Source: Candidatus Thalassarchaeum betae
GTDB lineage: Archaea; Thermoplasmatota; Poseidoniia; Poseidoniales; Thalassarchaeaceae
Assembly: GCA_003193925.1 (NCBI GenBank)
Contig: PSPG01000002.1
Span: 1-64,000, forward strand
Reading direction: 5' to 3'
Length of the DNA: 64,000 nt
In this document: positions 34,474 through 42,131 of the stretch, piece by piece
Numbering within the stretch: position 1 is the first letter of the stretch
Layout of the letters: each line of letters starts with the position of its first letter
The notes under the pieces: generated by a model
The model's database searches: none
Seen by the model: the letters and a program-made list of their open reading frames with translations, nothing else
What the model was told of the DNA's origin: nothing
Program-made: the position numbers and the translations under genes

Positions 34474-35898
34474 ATGAACGCTGCCAAGGCCGGTTTCAGC
34501 AGTTGGGACCTAGAGGCTCCGATCGCGGCTGCCATCGAGGCGCTTGGCTGGACCGAGCCGACCGAGATACAGCGAGAGGCACTCCCTCTTGCTCGACAGG
34601 GATTGAATGTCATAGGACAGGCGATAACCGGCTCGGGCAAGACAGCCGCATTCGGGATTCCGATTCTCGAGAGCTGCTCGCCCTCGGGCTCCCCCCAGGC
34701 CATCGTCCTCTGTCCGACCAGGGAGCTCGCCGTCCAGGTCGCCGAGGAGATGGATAGCCTACAAGGAGACAAGGGGCTCTCGATCCAAACCGTCTACGGG
34801 GGCACTGACCTCGAGAAGCAGGCGAAGAAACTCGACAAGGGCGCCGACATCGTCGTCGGGACCCCCGGACGGGTGATTGACATGACCAAGAGGGGGCATC
34901 TCAAGCTCGGAGGCATCAGGCTCTTCTGCCTCGACGAGGCAGACCGTATGCTCGACATGGGATTCTTCCCGGATGTCCTGTGGATCTTCGAGAAGACCCC
35001 CAACCGGGAGCAGACCATGATGTTCAGCGCCACCTTCCCCCAGGAGGTGCTCGATGCTGCTGAAGAGTTCATGGTCGACCCTGTCCACGTGATGAGCGAT
35101 GAAATGGAGGTCGAGATACCGGAGATCGAGCAGTATGCGATTCGAGTCGGGCGTGCCAACAAACTCTGGGCCCTCGGACGCATCATAGCGCACATGGGCG
35201 AGGGCGATCAGATGCTCATCTTCGCCAACACCAAGCGAATGGTGGATATCCTCTCCGAGAGACTCGGCAAGTTCGGGATTCGAGCTATCGGGCTGCACGG
35301 CGACCTGCCTCAAGGCAAGAGAGAGAGGATCCTCAACTCCTTCAAGGGTGGAGGTGAGAGCATCGTGGTCGCCACCGACGTGGCAGCCCGGGGTCTGGAC
35401 GTGGACGGCATCACGCACGTCGTGAACTATGACCTGTCGATTGACACCGAGTCATACGTCCACAGGATCGGTAGGACCGGTAGGATGGGGAGAAAGGGCG
35501 AGGCCTGGAGCTTCGTCACCCGCGAGGACGGGCGGCTCATCGAGAAGATCGCATCGACGTGGAACCTCACCATCCCCTTCGTCGATGCTCCCAGCCTGCC
35601 AGAAGGCATGGACAGAGACCCCATCGGCAGGAGAGACGACTGGGAGGAGGTCTCGGACCCATTCGGAATGGTCACCGTCAAACTCACCCTGGGCAAGTCG
35701 GACTCCACCAAGAGGGCCCTGGCAGACTGGATCGCTCGGGAGGCGCGGGTGCCTGACATCGTAATCGGGGAGATCGCTCAAGGCGAGGACGAGACGCACG
35801 TCGAGATCCACGTCGACAAGGTCGCCTACGTGATCGATGTGATCAAGGCGCGTGAGTTCAACGGTCGCTCGCTAGCGCCTTCCATCATGGGATCATAG
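34474..35898 (+). CDS. DEAD-box RNA helicase with DbpA-type C-terminal RNA-binding domain
   Basis: Q motif PTEIQ, TGSGKT, PTRELA, DEAD, SAT, ARGLD, HRIGRTGR. Confidence 0.95.
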   Translation: MNAAKAGFSSWDLEAPIAAAIEALGWTEPTEIQREALPLARQGLNVIGQAITGSGKTAAFGIPILESCSPSGSPQAIVLCPTRELAVQVAEEMDSLQGDKGLSIQTVYGGTDLEKQAKKLDKGADIVVGTPGRVIDMTKRGHLKLGGIRLFCLDEADRMLDMGFFPDVLWIFEKTPNREQTMMFSATFPQEVLDAAEEFMVDPVHVMSDEMEVEIPEIEQYAIRVGRANKLWALGRIIAHMGEGDQMLIFANTKRMVDILSERLGKFGIRAIGLHGDLPQGKRERILNSFKGGGESIVVATDVAARGLDVDGITHVVNYDLSIDTESYVHRIGRTGRMGRKGEAWSFVTREDGRLIEKIASTWNLTIPFVDAPSLPEGMDRDPIGRRDDWEEVSDPFGMVTVKLTLGKSDSTKRALADWIAREARVPDIVIGEIAQGEDETHVEIHVDKVAYVIDVIKAREFNGRSLAPSIMGS

Positions 35899-35906
35899 GT
35901 GGAAAT

Positions 35907-36149
35907 ATGGTCGATGTGCCAGTTACCACACTGAACCTCCTTGGATTCTTCTGCCCTGTCCCGATCCACGAGACCAGGAAGGCGGTCGAGGCATCGGAGG
36001 AGGGCTCGCTGTTCGAGGTGGTCTGCGACGACCCAGAGACCCTGCATGACATGCCAGCGCTGTGCGACAGGATCGGGATCGAGCTGCTCGCTGTGAGCGA
36101 GGAGTCGGGCGAATACACCTTCCGCATCAGGAATTCAGCGCGGACGTGA
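35907..36149 (+). CDS. tusA: TusA/SirA-family sulfur carrier
   Basis: LNLLGFFCPVP and VVCDDP motifs; 80 aa. Confidence 0.85.
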   Translation: MVDVPVTTLNLLGFFCPVPIHETRKAVEASEEGSLFEVVCDDPETLHDMPALCDRIGIELLAVSEESGEYTFRIRNSART

Positions 36150-36178
36150 GAGATTGTTCAAAGGGAGTGTGCTTCTCG

Positions 36179-36823
36179 ATGGGTTCCGTGGCTAGTGAGA
36201 CCGGCATCACCGAATTGGGGGGGGTTCCCGCCGATGCTCGCCTGCCGACCAACTACGGTGACTTCAGGATTCGCGTCTTCCACGAGGAGAGTACGGGATT
36301 CGACCATGTCGCGCTGACTCTGGGAGACCTGACTGGGCCCGACCCGGTTCTGGTCAGGGTCCATTCGGAATGCCTCACAGGAGATGCCTTCGGCAGCCTG
36401 AGGTGCGATTGCGGCGCCCAGCTCGATGCTGCGATGAGGCAGATACAGGATGTCGGCTGGGGCTGCCTCGTCTACTTGCGCCAAGAGGGGCGTGGAATCG
36501 GGCTGCACGCCAAGATCCAAGCTTACAACTTGCAGGACAGGGGAGCTGATACGATGGATGCGAACCTGTTGCTCGGCCATCCTGTGGATGCCAGGGACTA
36601 TCGAATCGCATCAGAGATCCTGCGTGCCTTCGAGATAGATGGGGTCTGCCTCCTGACGAACAACCCAGACAAGGTCAGACAACTCGGCCAGCATGGGATC
36701 GATGTAGTCGAGACAATGCCGTTGGTGGCAGGCGTGGGGGACGAGAACAGGGAGTACCTGGCCACCAAGATTGACAGGATGGGTCACGAGATAGGAGACG
36801 ATGACCTCGACGGCTCGCAGTGA
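36179..36823 (+). CDS. ribA: GTP cyclohydrolase II (bacterial type)
   Basis: VRVHSECLTGDAFGSLRCDCG, QEGRGIGL, LLTNNPDK, YLATKIDRMGH. Confidence 0.95.
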   Translation: MGSVASETGITELGGVPADARLPTNYGDFRIRVFHEESTGFDHVALTLGDLTGPDPVLVRVHSECLTGDAFGSLRCDCGAQLDAAMRQIQDVGWGCLVYLRQEGRGIGLHAKIQAYNLQDRGADTMDANLLLGHPVDARDYRIASEILRAFEIDGVCLLTNNPDKVRQLGQHGIDVVETMPLVAGVGDENREYLATKIDRMGHEIGDDDLDGSQ

Positions 36824-36828
36824 GTCAA

Positions 36829-36904
36829 TGGGGCCGTGACCGGGACTCGAACCCGGGCCGGCGGGACCACAACCCACCGTGCTAACCGCTACACCATCAC
36901 AGCC
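36829..36904 (-). tRNA. tRNA-His(GTG), with G-1 and CCA encoded
   Basis: Reverse complement G-GCTGTGA...GTGGG-TTGTGGT-CCCGC...GGTTCGAGTCC...TCACGGC-C-CCA. Confidence 0.96.
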
Positions 36905-37012
36905 GTATGTGAAACGGGGGGGGGAAGGCCTGTTTATCAACCGTTAGCGTGATTCACACGGACGCACCGAAGACCAACGGATTGAAGCCATGCACTCCGC
37001 CATTGCCGGGAC

Positions 37013-39391
37013 ATGAGGACTCGTTCAGGTGTGGCGATTATCCTCCTGTTCCTTGTCTCCATGGCACCGGTGGTGCCATTTGCCGCCGCTGACACCGTCA
37101 TCGGCGCCGAAGGGGTCGAACTCCTCGAAGCGGGAGATTTCTCGGACGCCGAGCAGTGGGAGGTGTCCGCCACCGCCGGATTCTCCAGCGAGCAGGCCGA
37201 GCATTCGGGGGGGATGGTCGCCGACGGTGAGCTGTCCTTCACCCACGACAGGCCGGACAACTTCGCGCAACTGACCTCCTGGGCCACATACAGCCCGACT
37301 TCGTCGAACGCCACCCTAGGCCAGCCGGACTCGTACTACACCTGGTCCAAAGGCCCGAACATCACTATGAACGGGTACGACTTCGCGGGACTGCACGGCA
37401 TGCAGATCGCGAACGTCTCCATGGTCCTGCACTTCTCCATCCCCGATGAGCTCTACCAGGACTCGGTGAGGGTCATCCTGCAGAATCACGGCTCCGACAA
37501 GCTGGTGGTGACCTTCGCGAGGACCTTCGGCCCGATTCACAGGATGTCCAATCCCCTCGTTCTGCCGCTGGAAGAAATTATTCAGATGGACTGGGGTTCT
37601 CTCGAGGGCACCCAGTTCACAGTCGACTACGTCTCTCAGGGGACGAGTGACGACTCCGAGATCAGAGTAGATGCGGTCGGGCTGCGGGTCAAGTACCACC
37701 AGCCCTGGTACTCCTTCGAGACCACCAAGGCCATTCACACCGTCACCGGGGTTGATTCGCCGGTGATTGACCACGATCCCTATGACGGGGAGATCGTGGG
37801 GCTGTCACAGGAGAACTGCGGGCTCACCCCCGACGGGCCCGGAATGGGGTACTGGACCTTCGACGTCGAGGTTCCCCCACTGCAGCAATTGGGGCGAATA
37901 CATGTCTATGGGACCGGGAATCACACAATCTGGGCTCTGCCTGACGGAGTCGACGGAGACTACAGCGAGAAGCAATCGGGGGAACTGCTAGATAACCCCG
38001 ATTCCACCCAGCAAATCCGCATCGACATCGAGGACGGATGCATCTCCCTAGCGAGAGTGGATGTCAACGACCCGCACCTCGTGGTCCATGGGGTCGTTTC
38101 AGGGGAGCTCGGAGGCCTAGCCGGCACGAGTTACATTCGATTCGCCATCGGCAGCGATTTAATCGCCAGCATACCGATGGAGGGCGGCGCCTTCGTTATT
38201 GATGTCCCTGTGGGTTACGCTCTGCCTGAACAGTGGGGGGAGATGGTCGCCGGGGTCGCTGCGAGGTTCCAATGGTCCTCGAACGGGACCGCCGAGACCA
38301 CCGTGGTGCACATCCACTCGATCTCCATCACTGGTGGCTACGATGTCGAGTGGGACCTCGACCCTGAGTGCATGCCGCTAGAGGACATGTCATTCGACGA
38401 GGATGACGCGGGTGTACACATCCCGATGGACGTCAGGTGCAGCGACGACATCACCGCACCTGAAGACCTAGCACTGAGCGCAGTCAGCGGAGACCCGACT
38501 GTCATCGAGGCGACCATCGTCGACCAGTATGTCAGGATCCAACCAGTCAGGGACGCTTGGGGCGAGACTACTGTCGAGGTCAAAGTCGAGGACGAACGCG
38601 GCAACATCTGGACGGGTGAGATGAGCATCACGGTGAACCCGATTGAGGACCCTCCGGTCCTCGAGGGGCTCCCCCTCACAGTTTACATCGAGTTGGGCGA
38701 GACGATGGTCGTCGACATCACCGTGAAAGATTCCGACACCCAGTCTCTAACCCTCTCGGCCAGCCGCTCCTGGGCTACTTTCGATGCCGCTGACGATCTG
38801 GTCCTGACTCCGGTTATGGACGGCACCCACATGGTCGAAATCAGTGTCAGCGACGGAACCAACCACATCTCCCAGGTGGTCGAGGTCATCGTGACGGCAA
38901 AACCCGACCTCTTGATCGATTCTATCGACGTGAGGCGGGACGGACTGACCGTTTCGGAGCTGGTACACGGGGATGTCATCGAGATCTACGCCTATGTCAG
39001 GAACGAGGGGCGAGGAGTAGCCGATGCCGTATACGTCAAGTGCACGGTCGGGGGAATCCTGGTCGGTGCTGTCATGGTCGATTCCATAGCACCTGGCGGA
39101 TTAGGCGTAGCAGTCTGCGATGCGCAGGTCTCAGGGCCCGACGATGCCTTGGCCATCGAGGTCATGGCTGACGGCACCGCATCGATAGACGAGACCTCCG
39201 AGAGCAACAACGTCCGCTCGATCACAATGATAGTGAACGAGAGGAAGACCGATTCAGGCAGTGGCCTGATGGACTCTATTGATCGGGGTCCCGCAATCGT
39301 CTTCCTCGCCATAGGGGTCAGCCTGATCGCCCTCACAGCGCTGTATTTCAGCCCCGGCAAGGTGCGCAAATCGTACGAACGCGAAAAGTAG
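37013..39391 (+). CDS. Secreted, C-terminally anchored protein with cadherin/Ig-like and CARDB-like domains
   Basis: Signal peptide; ITVNPIEDPP linker; KPDLLI...VRNEG...IDETSESNN CARDB signature; C-terminal TM. Confidence 0.8.
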   Translation: MRTRSGVAIILLFLVSMAPVVPFAAADTVIGAEGVELLEAGDFSDAEQWEVSATAGFSSEQAEHSGGMVADGELSFTHDRPDNFAQLTSWATYSPTSSNATLGQPDSYYTWSKGPNITMNGYDFAGLHGMQIANVSMVLHFSIPDELYQDSVRVILQNHGSDKLVVTFARTFGPIHRMSNPLVLPLEEIIQMDWGSLEGTQFTVDYVSQGTSDDSEIRVDAVGLRVKYHQPWYSFETTKAIHTVTGVDSPVIDHDPYDGEIVGLSQENCGLTPDGPGMGYWTFDVEVPPLQQLGRIHVYGTGNHTIWALPDGVDGDYSEKQSGELLDNPDSTQQIRIDIEDGCISLARVDVNDPHLVVHGVVSGELGGLAGTSYIRFAIGSDLIASIPMEGGAFVIDVPVGYALPEQWGEMVAGVAARFQWSSNGTAETTVVHIHSISITGGYDVEWDLDPECMPLEDMSFDEDDAGVHIPMDVRCSDDITAPEDLALSAVSGDPTVIEATIVDQYVRIQPVRDAWGETTVEVKVEDERGNIWTGEMSITVNPIEDPPVLEGLPLTVYIELGETMVVDITVKDSDTQSLTLSASRSWATFDAADDLVLTPVMDGTHMVEISVSDGTNHISQVVEVIVTAKPDLLIDSIDVRRDGLTVSELVHGDVIEIYAYVRNEGRGVADAVYVKCTVGGILVGAVMVDSIAPGGLGVAVCDAQVSGPDDALAIEVMADGTASIDETSESNNVRSITMIVNERKTDSGSGLMDSIDRGPAIVFLAIGVSLIALTALYFSPGKVRKSYEREK

Positions 39392-39538
39392 CCCAGTAGC
39401 CCGGTTTTCCCTGTTGTCGACCCCCTCTCAGGCTGATAATCAGTCATTTTCAGGGAATAGTTATACCTATCGCAAACCCGAAAAGTCACGCCGCGCGAGG
39501 GTGCCTCAGGGTGTTTGGGCCGGTGGTGTGTGATTGAA

Positions 39539-39604
39539 ATGATGAAACTGAAGATTCGTCTGGAGACAGAAGAGTGGATCTACGAAGAGCATGAGATGGC
39601 CTGA
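39539..39604 (+). CDS. Putative 21-aa small protein MMKLKIRLETEEWIYEEHEMA
   Basis: SD-like GTGATTG before the ATG; AT-rich AATAGTTATA further upstream; stop 4 nt from the convergent cbf5 stop. Confidence 0.45.
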   Translation: MMKLKIRLETEEWIYEEHEMA

Positions 39605-39608
39605 GCCC

Positions 39609-40586
39609 TCATTCCCTGGACCAACTCTGAGGATACGTCCCCGTCTCCATCATCACTGCGCGAGCAACAGCTACTTCTCCGGACTTCATTTCAGGCAGGG
39701 AGTCGGTGTCCACGGTCATCCTCGCCACAGAGACCGCTTCTCCCTTGATGCTCTGTAGCAGCACCGTAGCACCTTCAGGAACGCCTCTCGGCGCACGGAC
39801 GACGCCTGGCCTTGCCAGAGGGGCCCCGTGGGAAAGAGCGGCGGCGGCGCCGTCCTTCACGGTAATGGCCGGAAGGCCGGAGAGTAGGGTCTCGACTGGG
39901 GCTATCAGCTTGATCAGGGCGCTGTCGTCACCGTGCTCCCTAGACAAGAACGAAGCATCGGCGAGTTGCTGCATGCTGCATGACATGCTCTGGTCGAAGT
40001 TGCCTGTCCGGTCCCTGTGGAGCTCGGTCAGTTCGCATCTCGTACCCAGCAGCAAGCCAATGTCCTTGGCGAGTGTCCTGACGTAGGTCCCGGCGCTGCA
40101 GGACAACTCGAAAGCCGCGATTCGCGAGTCGGGGTCGGTATCCAACAGCATCAGCGAGTGTATCGTCCTCGTTCGGACCTGTATCTTGACTGCAGACTCC
40201 AATGGCGGGACGTTGTATATCACCCCCGTCAGCTCCGAGAAGATGGCCTCGATCTCAGTCTCCTCCACAGCACGGCCGAAGCGCAGGACACCGACGTACC
40301 TCTTGTCGACCTTGAGGGCCATTTCTGTGAGCTTGGTCGCCTTCCCGCAAAGCAAGGTCAGCAGGCCTGTGGCGAAGGGATCCAGCGTCCCACCGTGTCC
40401 TAATCTGCTGATTCCGAGCAACTCACGGGCCCATGCAGCCAGTTGGTGGCTCGTCGGGCCCCGTGGCTTTTCGACGAGAACTATCCCAGCCGCCAGGAGC
40501 TGCTCCAGCGAGCGTTCGCTGGGATTCGAACCGAAGTTGGGATTAGTTGATGCGGTTGCCAGCTCCCAGTAACCCCCCTCGCCCAT
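39609..40586 (-). CDS. cbf5: H/ACA RNA-guided pseudouridine synthase Cbf5 (TruB family)
   Basis: KPRGPTSHQ, GHGGTLDP, PPLESAVK, CSAGTYVRTL and a PUA domain. Confidence 0.93.
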   Translation of the reverse strand: MGEGGYWELATASTNPNFGSNPSERSLEQLLAAGIVLVEKPRGPTSHQLAAWARELLGISRLGHGGTLDPFATGLLTLLCGKATKLTEMALKVDKRYVGVLRFGRAVEETEIEAIFSELTGVIYNVPPLESAVKIQVRTRTIHSLMLLDTDPDSRIAAFELSCSAGTYVRTLAKDIGLLLGTRCELTELHRDRTGNFDQSMSCSMQQLADASFLSREHGDDSALIKLIAPVETLLSGLPAITVKDGAAAALSHGAPLARPGVVRAPRGVPEGATVLLQSIKGEAVSVARMTVDTDSLPEMKSGEVAVARAVMMETGTYPQSWSRE

Positions 40587-40595
40587 CGGATCACA

Positions 40596-41129
40596 TCAGT
40601 CAACCAGTTCGGAACTCACCATGCGGAACACCTCGTCGGCATCCAACTCGTCGGCGTCAACCACCAGTGAATAGGGGGCCATGTCATTGAGGTCGATGTC
40701 GTACAGCACGCAGTACCTAGCCATGTCATCCCTCTGCCTCTGCTGAGACAGGGCTAGACAGGTCCCGTAGTCGCCGCCCTCGCGGTTCTGGATCCGGCTC
40801 GCTCTCTCCTCGTCGGATACCGCGACCCAGACCCTGAGGCATTCCAAGCCGAGTTCATGAGCCCACCAGCCGCATAGCCTGCTCTCCACGACCTCAGGAC
40901 CGTCAAGGTCGGTCAGCACCTGTTTCAAGAGCGTGTCCAGAGAGCGGTCGACGTCAAGGTCCTGCTTGCACAGAGCGCTGAACCCCTCGACAGAGAGGCC
41001 TCGCCGTGAGGCCTCCTCCCTGAAGACGTCGCCACCGTTGATCGAGGACCACCCCCGCTCGTCGCACAACTTGCTGACTAGGGTCGAGGTGCCGCTGCCG
41101 GGTGGTCCGCTGACTGTCAGTCTGAGCAT
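40596..41129 (-). CDS. cmk: Cytidylate kinase (archaeal type)
   Basis: SGPPGSGTST P-loop, GDVFRE, VESRL; adjacent to cbf5 and DUF106. Confidence 0.9.
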   Translation of the reverse strand: MLRLTVSGPPGSGTSTLVSKLCDERGWSSINGGDVFREEASRRGLSVEGFSALCKQDLDVDRSLDTLLKQVLTDLDGPEVVESRLCGWWAHELGLECLRVWVAVSDEERASRIQNREGGDYGTCLALSQQRQRDDMARYCVLYDIDLNDMAPYSLVVDADELDADEVFRMVSSELVD

Positions 41130-41132
41130 AGG

Positions 41133-42062
41133 TCACCTCCATTCATCCCGGCACACTTCGCACCTCAGCCTGCCCTTTGAGGTCCTTGAGACCATGTTCG
41201 AGTCGCAGGACGGGCAAGTGGTTCCCGACTTGGGAGGCGCTGAATGCACGTTGCCGCCTCTCCTCCTCGCTGCTGCGGCGGCTTGGCCCCCCGTCTTGCG
41301 CGGTCCAGCCCTCCTGCGCTGGGCTCTGCGGACCCTCACGTCGTCGCTCGACTTGGCCTTCTCCTCCTCTAGCAGATACAGGAGAGGCTCGGGGATCGGG
41401 TCTCCGGCGACGACGAGCGGATGGCTCCGGTAGCGGAAGAGCTTGATGTGCCGGTCGATGATTCGTCCCAAAGGCGCGCTCATCGTGATGTAGGTGGCAA
41501 TCCAAGCGGGGAATATCCACATCACCCTGTCGTTGAACTCCCACATCGGCACCCAAGGCAGGCTGACGAAGGCCACTCTGAAGGTCTCCACCTCACTGGC
41601 CATCCAACTGAAGATTGCGATGATGAAGACCATCGTGAACATCATCGGCCTCATCATCGCTGACTGCATGGCCATCTGCTCGGGCATCAGTTCCATCTGC
41701 AGCTTCTGCATCTTGTCCGCCCGGGCTGTGTCACGGGCCATCTGGGCCTCTCTGAGTTGCTTACTGACCTGGCGTTGGCGGTGACTGAAATGAGCCTGTC
41801 TCAAGGGGTCCATGAAGAAGGACCGGATGATAGTGTTCACAACCATGATGCTGGAGCCGACGATGAACACCGTCGGAACGAAGTACAACGAGTGGAACGG
41901 GAGCAGGGGTATGAGGACGTAACCCGCCCCGTCGGCCAATGCTATCCGAAGGCTTGGGTTGAGCATCAGCACCACCATCATCACCAGGAGGAAGAGCATT
42001 GGAAGCATCATCGAGGACATGGCCTCGGCCTGCGAGTCGCTGCTGGTGCCCGCTGATGCCAT
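41133..42062 (-). CDS. DUF106 / EMC3-TMCO1 (Oxa1 superfamily) membrane protein with C-terminal basic region and zinc ribbon
   Basis: TM segments around a Met/Gln-rich coiled coil ending MRPMMFT; WIATY; position next to cmk; C-terminal CPSC...CEVC. Confidence 0.8.
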   Translation of the reverse strand: MASAGTSSDSQAEAMSSMMLPMLFLLVMMVVLMLNPSLRIALADGAGYVLIPLLPFHSLYFVPTVFIVGSSIMVVNTIIRSFFMDPLRQAHFSHRQRQVSKQLREAQMARDTARADKMQKLQMELMPEQMAMQSAMMRPMMFTMVFIIAIFSWMASEVETFRVAFVSLPWVPMWEFNDRVMWIFPAWIATYITMSAPLGRIIDRHIKLFRYRSHPLVVAGDPIPEPLLYLLEEEKAKSSDDVRVRRAQRRRAGPRKTGGQAAAAARRRGGNVHSAPPKSGTTCPSCDSNMVSRTSKGRLRCEVCRDEWR

Positions 42063-42131
42063 GTACCCTCGCTCCGCCAGAACAGGATGAACGCTTCGGT
42101 GGACGCCAAAGGCGTCCAATCGGTTCCGCAA

